This document shows positions 12,399 through 24,645 of a DNA stretch of 64,000 bases, piece after piece. Source of the stretch: Podarcis gaigeae (taxonomy: Eukaryota); the NCBI GenBank assembly GCA_964106915.2, contig OZ066919.1; one strand, 5' to 3'. The first letter of the stretch is position 1. Every line of letters begins with the position of its first letter. Below the pieces are notes generated by a model. It was given only the letters and a program-made list of their open reading frames with translations, was not told the DNA's origin and made no database searches. A program made the position numbers and the translations under genes.

Positions 12399-12554
12399 NN
12401 NNNNNNNNNNNNNNNNNNNNNNNNNNNNNNNNNNNNNNNNNNNNNNNNNNNNNNNNNNNNNNNNNNNNNNNNNNNNNNNNNNNNNNNNNNNNNNNNNNNN
12501 NNNNNNNNNNNNNNNNNNNNNNNNNNNNNNNNNNNNNNNNNNNNNNNNNNNNNN
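12399..12554. other. N-run (156 nt)
   Basis: Seen directly. Confidence 1.
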
Positions 12555-14479
12555 TTTGGTCTCAGCACTGTTTAGTGAATCGGTTGGGGTGGTGCAATGG
12601 GGGGCGTCTCTGTAACTGAAGTCAGATTTCTTTTCCACCACCCTCCCCCTTATTCCCTGGTAACTCAAGTTCCTTGAGAGGTGCTAAAGGCCGCGCTACA
12701 GAAGTTACTATATCTTCATGATTTAACATTTTCAAAACACAGGAGTTTGGGGATTTTAAGGGGGGGATTTTCTTATGTGTTTTTGACTTCACCACCAATT
12801 AGAATAGATTTCATTTCTCTCCATAAAGAAAACAGCTTTTTTTGGTCTTTGTAGTATTGTCTTAATCACCATTGTCTTTTGTGTGCCTACTCCAGAGCAT
12901 AGGTTCTCAAAATCAAGAAATCAACTGTAATTTTGCACATACCCCTCCCACACCACATGTACTGGGACAAAGAAGCATGGTTGGTCTCATATTTTTTCTA
13001 CCTTTGGGGTCTTGTTTGTGGTGTGGAAAAAGCAGATGAAAGGAAAGTGCATAGTGTGTCTCATAGGTCTCTGCCAAGTTTTAAGCCCCTTGGGATGGAG
13101 GGTTCTCAGGATAGGTCCATTGAGCATCAAACCCTTGCTATTAATGTGGAAGGAATTTACAATCCACCTTCTTATATTGCACTGATTGGAAGGGGTGGTG
13201 GTGATTGACTATTAATTGCCATCCTGAGCCAATGTAGACCCCTACTGGGAAGGATGGAGGAGGAATTCCCATCTCTTGTAGCATCTCTTCACATCTCCCA
13301 GCTTCAGAGTGCGAGTAGATCTAAAAGACTACTGTAGTACCATTAATATTTCGTGTAGGATATATTTTGAATACACTGTGACTAGCATTTGGCCCACAAT
13401 AACGATTAATATCAATAAAATGCAGTGTGTGGAGGTGCATTTATGGGCTTCGTTGTTTCTCAGGTATTGTTGGAAGCAAGGGTGCAAGCTGAAGGTTGTG
13501 ACTCTGAACCCCCTGCTGTGAGTTTGGTAATTCTGGATATGTATTGAACTATTTGGGGGTAGCATTCTGGCCCAGAGGTGGACCACAGCATCCCCCCCCC
13601 ATAATTCACAAAATAATAGGGTGCATCTGTTGGCTTGTAACATGAAAATTCATCAGGTTGCTTACACGTAATGAGAGAAAGGTCACATTGGAGTGAAAAA
13701 TATGTTAGGGGGCCACTTTTTTGTCCCAAAGCCATATTGTGCTGACCTGTCCTTTGAAGTATTTGCTGTCATGATATTTTGACTTTTCTTTAGGGCAGGA
13801 TCTCTTTAGCCACTAGAAATGCAGCTTCTGCGCCCCCTAAAGAGTTATGCGGTACACTGCTGCACAGGGTATAGGAATGATATCAGCCATATGTACGAAC
13901 ATTTCAGTTGGGTCATCATCATCTGAAATATTAATGACTGAATTTCAGGATAGAAGATTAATACATTTAGGTTTCAGGGAAGAAATATCCTTCAAAACCA
14001 ATGAATAGTTGCTGACAGGGCAGTGGTAGGCAATTTAATCTGTGCTTAGAATACTGGACAGACAGGTTCTAAAACAGCCAAAAACTGTTATTTCCAAATG
14101 GAAACAGGAACAGGTTGGGTGTGGTGGGCTAAATGCTAGAGCCAATATATTTCTAGAGCAGAAATTGGTAGTTAAATTAAATTGCCTGTGAAATTGCCAC
14201 CTAATCATTTATATCTCGCTCTTCCTTCAAGAATCTTGTGATGCAGATTAAGAGTTGTCTAAGAGGTAGCTTAGACAGAGGCTTGAATGCTCAAGCTTAT
14301 GCAGGGAGCTGAATAAGGATTTGAACCCAGGTCTGACTGGACCAAATACAATTGTCTATCCAGGATTGCTGTCATCGATCAGACACAGGTGACAGATGAA
14401 GTAGTTAGAGATGAATAATATTTTTTTCATTTCAGTACTTACTTTGTCTGTGTTTATCTTGTGTTGAAGAAATGACTTA

Positions 14480-14568
14480 CAGGGCAATCCTAGTCAAACT
14501 TACCTAGAAGTAAGTGTTCCTGAATTCTGTGGAATTTATTCCCAGGTAAGTGGGGCTAGGACTGCAAA
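14480..14568. mobile_element. short fold-back MITE (GCAATCCTA...TAGGACTGC)
   Basis: Imperfect palindrome CTTACCTAGAAGTAAG / TTTATTCCCAGGTAAG. A related copy lies at ~35428-35518. Confidence 0.55.
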
Positions 14569-17500
14569 CGAAGCTGTACTTGGTTTGCATGTTCGATGGT
14601 TTCTGTTTAAGGCTAGGGATTCTCAAAGCTTCTATGAGTTAAACCTGGGATTCTGAAGAATAGTTCTTTAGTAGAGTCTGAAGAGAGCCTTCCTTACACA
14701 ATATGGGGATGGGTGCTCTGGGAATAGCTTCTGAGCAATTGCTCCCTACAGAGTCTATGATTGTAGAGCAACCATAGTGATGGTGCACTAAAATTACATA
14801 ACTCTCATTGGCTTGAAGTAAAGAGAAAAAAGTATGAATTTGCCACTTACTTAGGTCTAAGGATGCTCTTTTGCCATTAGTTATTGACTGTTTACATGTC
14901 ACACACTAAGCTAGGATTGGCTTGCTAGGCTATTTTTGGCTTGTGAGGGTGCAGTGGGGATGGCTCAACTCTATGAGGGCCGCATGCCAGTGGCGGGTAT
15001 AGCCAAAGCTGCCAGTGCACACTAATGCATAGATGTACACACTCTCATTGCACATACAACCCACATTCACACACACACACACAACCCCCATGGTTTTCCA
15101 GTGATCAGCAGAGAAGCAAGGGGTTCCTCCTCATTACATAACTGGGAACAGAGGTTCCATTTCTTCTAGCCCAGTGCTGCAATGAGATCAGTCTCCAAAG
15201 AGGATGAGCGACAGCACATATTGGGTTTGTGTGCTTTCCAGTTCTCTTTCTCTGGCACAGTTGCAGGGAGAAGGTAAAAAACATCCACTTCCATTTTACA
15301 TTGACCATAATTTTGTGTTGCATCCAAATCCTAAATTGTGGTTAGTCTTATCTAGGGTTTGATGAAACAAAACAAATCCATAAGGTGGAGCTTAACTTTG
15401 ACTTGTTTAAGCAAACCATACTTAAGGTTAACCACAGTTTGTCTGCTCTCGGGCATCATTACTAGTTGCAGGAAAGCAAAAACTTTTGAACTCTTCCCAC
15501 ATCTGCACTGTAGGAGGATCACTGGTTTGTCCTTGTAACACTAAACCATGGTTTACCATTTCATTCTAACACAGCCATTATGTCTGTCAGTGCAGCTGTC
15601 AACCATTTTATTGGATTTTTGTGACAGTGCAGCTGAGTATCCCTATGTACACATGTTATGGCCCAAATTAGATTATGGTGTGCAGAAACCAGGCACTACT
15701 GAACTTATCCTAATGTGTTCTGCAACAGTCACAAAAGTGTCTGACTGGATTTGCAAGACTCAGCAAGGGATGGTATGGTACTGCTTCCTTGGAGGAGCAG
15801 ATCAATAACAGAGGCTGGTGATACATGAGGGAAGTTAGGGATGGATAATCCGCTGAATTTACATGACACTGACTGGCCTGTGAAATGCTGCAGTTTTGTT
15901 GGGCAATTTTCCATTTACTTGCTGCCCATTGTATTTTAAAATTGCCACAAGACTAGTTCGGGTGCGTGGCAGGGAAGCTGACTTTTGTGGTTCAAAGGAG
16001 GCATATATACACTTCAGAAAGGAATAGAGTTCCTAACTATAAGAGGTTTGTGTGTGGCTGATCTAGCACATTCCCATTCTTGCCAAATTCCTGGAAGGTC
16101 CTACTGTTTTTGTGCTTTTATTGTAATTACATTGCATTGCTTGTTGTTTCTTGTGGCCCTTTGAACCTTTCCTTTAGGATTACACCACCTGCTCCTCCAG
16201 CTTTGTCACTTGTATGTGTTAATGTGGATACTGGTTTAAAATACACACCAGAAGAGTTAATAAGATATTGAAGACATGCTTCTTTGTTGTCCGTCAGTCC
16301 TAATGGCAAACTCAGGTGGTGAACGCTGACAGGACTGGAGCCAAAAGGGGGCCACGGAGCAGGAGAAGGATATATGGTGCAGGTGCTAATAGCATGCTTG
16401 GGGCACCCACAAGGTTGCCATAACTTCAAAAATATTTTAAAAGTCAGACCTAAGAGTTCAACATGCCTTCTGCAAGATCTTAATGAGCATTGAGCATGCT
16501 CAGTAGCCATGGAGTGCTGAATGTCAGTTGGAAAAGAAAAAGAGAGAGGGAGAGGGAATGGACTGGAATATCCTGAAGTATGGCATGGCTGACTGGCAAT
16601 CTGCACAGGAGTACTGCTGTTAGGAGGTGAGGAAAAGTCCAATAGAAGATATGCTACAATAGAGGATACCCTTCAACATTCAGTGTAGGCCCTGTTTTCT
16701 ACTTCAAAACCTGCAGTTGGTGACACAGTATGGATAACATGCTGCTGAAATTATGTGCAGTAAACATTTCCATATACAGTACTGATATAGGACTGCACCA
16801 AACTGTTCTTACGTTATAAAATCAAATAAAAAACCCTCCGTTCCACATTTAGGTAAGAGACCATTTGGGAGGGGTTAAATCCCTTCCCCACCTTACCTCC
16901 CCCTGCTTAATGTCTGAAGGAGAAGTTTTGGATTTGACCCTCCCCCTTCTTGGCAGCTGGCCAGTTTATGAAATAGGTAGAAGGAGACAATAGAGTTGGT
17001 GCCAAAAAGCTTGAGGTGATTCTGTCTGCATCATTTTGAAGAAAGAAAGAAAGAAGACTACCTTTAAAATGGGCAAGTCACATTTTGGACTGTTCAGTAG
17101 CTTTTAGCACAGACATGTATAAATTATTTGTGTTCAGTGTCACTGCAGATCTCTTTCCTATTTGGGGCTTTAATTTTTTTTATATAATGACAAAATAATA
17201 AAAAACTAATTAAAAAGGGCCTCGGCCAATAAGGAACTTCACAATGACAAAGCAGCACATGTGCCTGCTTAAAACATTTTTATTTAGGCAAGCCTATCCA
17301 GTCATGTAGATGTTAATGTGTTTTGGTGTTTTTCACTGTTAATTCTAATTACCTTTAGATGTTTTAAAATGTTTTAAACTGTTTTTATTGATAATGTTAG
17401 TATTTATTGCAAACCACTTAGAGGCTTTTCCACAAGCAAGTTGTATATAAATTCTGTTAAATAAATAATATGCGAAGGAAGTGCCGCAATAATTCTGTGC

Positions 17501-17849
17501 ATGCACACTGGAGAAACAAAATACAAATGGATGCAAGATGCCATTTTCCACTTTTTGTGAGAGCATGTACACAAGTCCTTTAAAAAAAGTACATGTTTAA
17601 AATAAGATGTAAAATGTGTAAACACTTGTGAGTATATTATTATTATTATTGTCCATATGACCTACATGCCTACATACATTTTGGGCCTACTCAAGGCCCA
17701 AGTTCTTTTCACTGTTTCCTGAGAGAGAGGACCTGCTGTTTCCAGCTTTACGTAAAGTATAGAACTCCCTCCATGTTTATCTACTTAAGAAATTAGGCTT
17801 TTCAACCTTTGCAATAAACCTATCTCACACACACCCGTCCCCCCTCAGA

Positions 17850-18270
17850 TTCATTTGTTGTCATCACAGTGGTACCCTCCTTACTGTGTTTTAATTCCAG
17901 TCTCTAATCTCAGCGCTTCTGTGATAAATTAATTGTAATGATAGAGGCCACAGTTACGAGGGTTGCTCCGCTTGCTTGTAATCTGAGCGACAGGTTTAGG
18001 GCCTGCTTTATTTAAGATGCAAGGGTAATTACATGGGAGTTCGCATATGCAGGCAGAGAGATATGATTCATTCTCCCGGCGACGGCCATGACACAGCTGT
18101 TTGTCGGATAAAATAGCGGAGCCGTGTTGTTACAAAATGTTCTCCTTATTATACCTCATTAAAAACAAGGCTGCGATAAGTCAGTCCTGGCAATGAATAA
18201 AACGTATTGCCCCCTGTAAAAGCTGATAGGAAAAATGGGGCTCACCCAAGCAGTATCGGGTCATTTATTT
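17850..18270. promoter_or_regulatory. candidate conserved non-coding element (developmental enhancer-like)
   Basis: Repeat-free and CpG-rich relative to its flanks, with GATAA/TAATTG (17923-17935), a GTAATTAC palindrome, GCATATGC (18043-18050) and CAGCTG (18094-18099). Confidence 0.55.
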
Positions 18271-19243
18271 ATTTTTGAGACCTCTCCCATTCTCTTTACT
18301 TTATCCCTCTTTCTGTACTTTTGAGGCCACCAAAGAGATATTATTTCCCCCCACTTTGTCACCCATTGATTTTGTTCGCTCTCTTGTGCTACCCTGCTTT
18401 TCCCAGTGTTAACAGACAAATACAGAAAGCACCTAGAAGCAATTAGCAAAGACTTGCCAAGAACAAAAGAAGGGATTTGTTCTTCTCAGCCCAACATACG
18501 TTGTTCCTCTTCACCTTTATCAAGAGCTACAGGCATCTGGAAAGGTAAAGATCTTTATGGGGCTTGACTCTTTCAAAAGCAGGTTGAAAAAGAAAAAGAC
18601 CCTTCCTTAAAGGCAAGAGAAAATATCCCCTCTATTCTCTTTCCCTGCCCCCCCTCCCACCTTCCCAGCTTACTTTTTTTGCTTTTCATTTTTAATAGCC
18701 TTAAGTTTAAAGTGTTGTGGGTTTCCCTCCTCTCTGTTCTTTGTTACTCTGAAAGAAAACAAAAAAGTCGAAACAATAAAAAGGCAATGTGGAAAAAAGT
18801 GAGTGACTTCTGAGAATGGCATCAGGGTGAGCTGTCGAGGAAAGGGCTCTCTGAACTGGCTTGCTGGAGCAGCTGCATCAATCCTGCATCTGCCACAGTT
18901 CCTGGGTGCTGGCATTCAAAGAATGGCTTTGGTTTGTATGTGCTTGGATTTCTTTTTGAATACACACTTTAAAGTATTGTGCTCTGCTGGGCTGCCCAGG
19001 ATTTGGATTAATTATTAATTTCTTTGTCACTTTTCTGGCCTAAGGGTGCTTTTTAGGCTTGATTTTTACTGATGGGAAAAATCAGATCTGTAAGGCTGAA
19101 AATCCTCTTCATTCTTCTCAACCTTTTCTAACATCTCCTAGAACAGGGATAGTCAATGTGATGCCCCATCATTCCTGGCCTTTTGCTATGTTGGTTAGAG
19201 CTGAGTTGGGAGTCCAACATTGGGAAGGCTATTTGTTCCCTGT

Positions 19244-19609
19244 TGTTGTTGTTTAGTCGTTTAGTCGTGTCCGACTCTTCGTGACCCCATGGACCAGAGA
19301 ACGCCAGGCACCTCTGTCCTCCACTGCCTCCCGCAGTTTGGTCAAACTCATGCTGGTAACCTCGAAAACACTATCCAACCATCTCGTCCTCTGCCGTCCC
19401 CTTCTCCTTGTGCCCTCCATCTTTCCCAACATCAGGGTCTTCTCCAGGGAGTCTTCTCTTCTCATGAGGTGGCCAAAGTACTGGAGCCTCAGCTTCACAA
19501 TCTGTCCTTCCAGTGAGCACTCAGGGTTGATTGCCTTCAGTATGGAGAGGTTTGATCTTCTTGCAGTCCATGGGACTCTCAAGAGTCTCCTCCAGCACCA
19601 TAATTCAAA
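19244..19609 (-). mobile_element. Bov-B (RTE clade) LINE, 5'-truncated 3' end
   Basis: The frame at 19253-19582 encodes the Bov-B C-terminus RVPWTARRSNLSILKAI...LQYFGHLMRREDSLEKTLMLGK...RGRQRTRWLD...VHGVTKSRTRLND. It has a (CAA)n tail and a perfect 13-bp TSD ATTTGTTCCCTGT at 19231-19243 and 19610-19622. Confidence 0.95.
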
Positions 19610-20149
19610 ATTTGTTCCCTGTAACCTGCACCAAAAAAGTGAGCATGAAGTTACCTGTCTGTACTGAGGAAAACTGAGGCCCCTGCTTACTTAGTATTTG
19701 ATCGAGCCAGAACCGCTTGGAAGGTATTTCAGTTTATACAAATGTTCTGGTAAAGGAGGGGGGCGGAAGCACTTAATTGGTCAGTCAGCTAATTAACCCC
19801 AGATTATCTATAATGGTCTTAGGAACCTTACTACACAATGAATTGCCCCCAAAATTTATTACCTTAATGCAAAGAGGACATAGCTTAATTGCGACAGAAA
19901 TTAAAAAGAATAATCTGTAGAAACTGGTTTATGATGCATGGTACCTCCTGTAACAGCAGCAGCAGAGTAGTAGTAGTAGTTGTTACTATTATTTTTTCAA
20001 AGCTTTTTCCAGAAAATAACATATTAGAAAAACATAATACAAAAAGAAGGGAAGGATCAAAAAGTTGTGCAAAACTCAGGAAAATTAACGATACATAGTA
20101 GCACACAAGTGATTTTTGTGTAATCCTACCCAAATAGATACCAAGATTA

Positions 20150-20330
20150 TTAAGTTTATAGCAAAGAAGCTTAAGGCAGTATACATCACTCTCTTCCATT
20201 TTATCTTCACAATATCTCTGTGAGAATTTAGGCAGAGAGGTAACCACTGCCTTAAGTTTGTCTGTGAATTTTATGCCTGAATGGGGATTTGAACTAGGTC
20301 TCCGCCTCTAACCACCTTACCACACAGGCT
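20150..20330 (-). mobile_element. old Squam3/Ther1-like SINE
   Basis: CCATTTTATCTTCACAATATCTCTGTGAG core plus the tRNA head GGGGATTTGAACTAGG...CTAACCACCTTACCACAC (reverse complement). Confidence 0.6.
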
Positions 20331-20344
20331 CACATAACTGTGAT

Positions 20345-21214
20345 TAGGGCTGCGTGATATTGGGTTTTCAACATCGTGGTGTATTGCCAGCCAATCATCC
20401 GGGTTTGGCGATATACCGCAATACTGAAAAAACCTGCAATGGCCCCAGCTTGTGAGATGCCTTGTGAAACTGCTGCAGCTTTCATCTATCACATTGTGGG
20501 CTGTGGCCAATACAGCTGGCCCCAGCCTGCTGCTCAGCCAGGGAGCAGAAAGGCTCCTGCCTCCAGCTGAGTGAGACTTGAGGCCCCTGCCGCTCGTGCT
20601 GGAGCAGCAAGGACCTTGGGGCTCCTTGGCCAAGCTCCCTCTGCTTTCGCTTGTATGGGAGGGGGGTGAGTTACCTTGCCAGCTTGCCCCCCACTCCCTG
20701 AAGACGGACCAAGCGACAGTAGCCAAGGACACAGAGCCTGCCTTCACTTTCACACGTGAGGGTGCGCTGTCTCTTTCCTCTCATGGGGGTTGTACACCCC
20801 AGGAGGAATGACGCAGCCCACCCTCCTGGGAGAAGTTCGTAAGGCGCGGGGTGCAAAGCAGAGAGGGGCTGTTGGAGGCTGCTGCCCAGTGCTGGCCCAT
20901 CAGCAGCAGCCAAGAGCCCCTACACCACCTGGCTGCCTTCCACCGGTGCTGATTCAGCTTGATTTTCCCTCTGCTGGGGCAGAGTACAATGGCGGTTTCA
21001 TCGGTATGTCGCTGGTAAAACTGCCGCCATTTGAGTCCCTCTGCCTCCAGCTCCCATCTAGTTTGTTCATCCCTCAGTGCGCTGGGCGCTGGAGGCAGAG
21101 GGACTCAAGTGCAGTGACATTTTCACCAGTGACATACCGCTGAGTGAAGCTCTCATTGTGGTCTGCCCCCACATACCGGTCCTGGGCGATATATTGATAT
21201 ATCGCCCATGCCTA
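20345..21214. mobile_element. non-autonomous hAT-type DNA transposon, 870 bp
   Basis: TIRs TAGGGCTGCGTGATAT / ATATCGCCCATGCCTA (12/16). 8-bp TSD ACTGTGAT (20337-20344) vs GCTGTGAT (21215-21222). Subterminal GCGATATA/ATACCG repeats. No transposase ORF. Confidence 0.8.
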
Positions 21215-21429
21215 GCTGTGATAAAAGTTTCTTCCTACTTCGGTGTTTCCCGTGATCCCAGAACAGCTAGTTGCTGTGGCAACAGTATCTTTATTTGGTG
21301 CAGAGAACCCCAACCTGACATGATGGCAACAGGTGCCAGGTTGGTGGTGCTCATGTATTTTTCGGGGGGTTTTGTTTGGAATTTTTTGGAAATGGCAAGC
21401 ACTTCCTTCACCTGTGGAGGGGTTTTACT

Positions 21430-21431
<2 letters not shown>

Positions 21432-21464
<33 letters not shown>
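21432..21464. repeat. (GT)n microsatellite
   Basis: Seen directly. Confidence 0.95.
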
Positions 21465-21465
<1 letters not shown>

Positions 21466-21982
21466 TATGGAAGTGAGAGAGTGAGATGGACATGAAGAGA
21501 GAGAAAGAAAAAAATACACACAGGGTTCCTGTTCCCGGACCCTTCTTGTCTCAGTGAAGAGCGCATAAGCGCTCCCTCATTCTGCCATCTTCCATGTCCA
21601 AAAGGGCCCGTGAGCCTCCAATCATGCATCAGCTGGATGCAACTAAAATGGTTGCTGCCTGTGTGGATATATATGTATAAGTATTGTATATGTAAAGTGC
21701 TTGTGTGTGAACGATGCATGTGTGCCTGTGGTGCTGTATATACGAGAGTTAGTGTGGTGTGACCACCCCGATTATTTTTCCTGGCACTGAGGTATGTTCC
21801 ATGTTATTATTAGACAGCAACTGTGTGTGTGTGTGTGTGTGTAAATCAATATTGTGTGATTTCCATAGTCAGAACCAGCAAGACATAGGTGACTTCCTAC
21901 AGCAAATATGAGGTTGCCTTGGGTAGGGGGAGTTTGTTGGGGAAACAACAATGACTGTACTCCCTCTAATTGTGTGCTATGG

Positions 21983-22040
21983 CATGCCCCTACAGCAGCC
22001 ATTTTGTGTAATTCCATGCCCTCACAGCAGCCATTTTGTG
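21983..22040. repeat. two 26-bp tandem copies (CATGCCC..ACAGCAGCCATTTTGTG), probably internal to a degraded DNA transposon
   Basis: Direct repeats at 21983-22008 and 22015-22040. Confidence 0.75.
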
Positions 22041-22372
22041 ATTGGCACCACAGCACTTTGTCAAAATTTGAAATGTGCCCGCTGGTCTAGGATGATGGCT
22101 GGCATTGAGCCAAGCTGTGGCATAGATCTGCCACAATGATGTGTGCATCAAGTCTGAGTCCATGTTATGTGAATTTTGTTCCGCTGATCATTGCTCTAGA
22201 CCAGATGCTTCATTATTTGTGGTGTGTCTTGAGGGTTTGACTGGGTTTGACTTAGGCAGAGACTTCTATTGTACCTGTTCCTAGCTGAATTGTAGATTTG
22301 CTTCCCATTACTACACTGTGTTTTGAGCTCCTATTGCAGTTTAGTAGCACCCCATAGCTTATTAGCAGGTGG

Positions 22373-22558
22373 TAGGATGGCCATATGAAAGAGAGGGCAG
22401 GGCTCCTGCACCTTTAATAGTTACATAGAAGAGGGAATTATGGCAGATGTAGCTTCCGTGGCATTAAATCTGCTGAAATTCTCTCTTTAATTCTTTCTTT
22501 AGCTTCACAACTGTTCAAGATGCAAAAGCCTTCCCCTCTTTTCTTTTGGGCATTGTAG
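22373..22558. mobile_element. degraded hAT-like MITE (TAGGGTGACCA-type terminus)
   Basis: TAGGATGGCCATATGAAAGAGAGGGCAGGGCTCCTGCACCTTTAATAG start, with a loosely inverted right half (AACTGTTCAAGATGCA...CCTTCCCCTCTTTT). Confidence 0.5.
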
Positions 22559-24599
22559 CAAGTGGATTTTTAAACGTAACTGTGTGCGTTTGCTTTTACT
22601 GGCCAAGTAGAGGTTTCACAATTCAAACCTGAATGAACTTCCCGAGTACTTTCCTTAGGGCATTTTTAGCAAATTTGTAAGGGAAAGGACTTGATTAAAG
22701 TAATTATTGAGACAAATCTATGTGGTTTTATCTTTCAAATTAGATGAGAAAGTCCAAAGTAGCTAGGGCAACTTGTTACTTGACCTCTATAACTCTCATA
22801 ATCTCTGCATGCAAACCTCTTCCTAGCTCTCTGGCCTTTTCTTCATAGTTCTTGAGTAGAATTGAACATTGCACTATTGCAAATATTCTGTCTGTGCAAG
22901 CGTTTCAGCTTGCCAGACAGAATGTCTCTCCTTCTCACCCTGTGTGCTGTCCTGGGCATTTTCCTGATCCCACCAGAGCCATTCCCAAGGGGCATGTGGT
23001 GGGGAGATGTGAAAGGCCTATTGCACAAGTGGAAGCACTTACGCAGGGCTTCTGCTGATGTGGCTCATTAGATGAATTCTGCCCCTTAGTCCCAAGCAGG
23101 ATTGCTATGCCTTAGTTCAGGAATGGTCAGCATATGGAGCCAAACGAAAAATATACTCTGACTCAGTGAGTCCCAGGTAAATTGCAGTTTGGTTTAAGAT
23201 GATCAGTGTCATTTGCACAGAGGTTATGGCATCATCCCATAATAGGTAGAAGTGTTATCTTTCTTAAATGACATTGGGATTATTAAACTTTATAGAAAAT
23301 AATAATAATTTTCTTACCTATACCCTGCCTAACTGGTTGTGTTGCCCCAGCCACTTTGGGGGGGAATGTGGGGAGAATACAAATGCGGACCTTCTGAACT
23401 CTTGAAATGCACAAGTTGTGAGATGCGGAGAACAATGGATTTGGGTATGCTTTTATATAATTTCTTTTAGTGCTGATTTCTCTAGCCCAAGGGTAAACAG
23501 AAGCTCCTGGCAGGTGAGCCACTGCTGCTTACTTAGGAAGGGGAGAGGCAAGGTGGTAAGGAAGGTGCAGGAATGCCACACTCACTCCACTAGCGTGTTG
23601 GTACAGCGCTTACCTCTCTGCTGCATTACCCCTCCCAATAAGCAGCAGCAGCTTGCCCCCCAGGAGGTCAGGTAAGCATTTCTGCTCCACCGCACTGTCC
23701 ACTAGTGGGAGTAGACTCTAAATCGCTTCGGCTACCTTTGCTGTGCCAAGGCCTTGCATCCTGAAAAGTTTATCCATTTATTGATGGGTAAGTCACTGTA
23801 CAGAAAATATTTGCAACAAGAAAAGCCTTGGTGGTTAACTATGTTCCCTCTCCTATTCTAGCGCATATGTGCAAATTCATTTCCAAACACAAATGCAGTC
23901 ACAAAGTCTAGAAATGTTCGAACGGTTATAGAATTTAACAGTAACCATCGTTACAGGTTACTACTTTATAAAAGTATACTTTTATTGTGTATTATTTGGA
24001 TTCCACATCCCTTCAAGTTACGCTGTTGATCCAGACAACCCTACCAACACTGTCTTATAAATGCTAATTAATTGTACAGGCTGTGTTCAAATAAGTTTTA
24101 CTCAGAATAGACCAACTCTAATGTATGAACATGACTCAGGGTGAACGATGTGTCCTCTAAGCAGTACCTGATGAACAGCATCATGAGAAGGCTGTTTCCA
24201 GCTACCCCACCCTTTGCCCTTAGAGTCCTTATAAGTAGCTGCTACAGGAAAGGGACACTGGGAGGGGTGTTTGTAGGACTAAGATGAAACTGTGATGCTC
24301 CCTTGTTATTTTTGATAGTGGATGCTACATGTTGTTTAAGTAAATCTAGTTATATTTCTAGTACTGGAATGCTGGTTTTTGGTACATTATTACATTTGTT
24401 ATTATTCTGCTGTGTTATTATGAAATTGTTTTCATAGTGTGAAATGCACCCCTGTCTCTTTGTTGTGAGCAGCTTTTAGCATGATTTTTTGGTGGAAGAG
24501 CAGCATACAAATTAAATGAATGAATGAATGAGAATGCTCAGCTTGCAGAATGTGACCTTGTAGGATGCTGAAACAGACTAGTTGGTCAATCTCTGTAAC

Positions 24600-24602
<3 letters not shown>

Positions 24603-24644
<42 letters not shown>
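24603..24644. repeat. (AC)n microsatellite
   Basis: Seen directly. Confidence 0.95.

Positions 24645-24645
<1 letters not shown>

Noticed and set aside
12215-12668. ORFs spanning N-runs (also at 48405-48701 and 52808-53329)
   Set aside because: Artefacts of translating Ns.
14535-14555. Other CAG|GTAAG motifs (also ~9886 and ~23671) as recursive splice sites
   Set aside because: They lack a polypyrimidine tract or are an intrinsic part of a MITE.
20271-21484. Cluster of 60-160 aa ORFs
   Set aside because: Explained by the GC-rich interior of the non-autonomous hAT element. No transposase (DDE/BED) motifs.
21983-22040. CRISPR-like repeat-spacer pattern (also 31052-31114)
   Set aside because: Only two copies with very short spacers in eukaryotic DNA. 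These are ordinary duplications.
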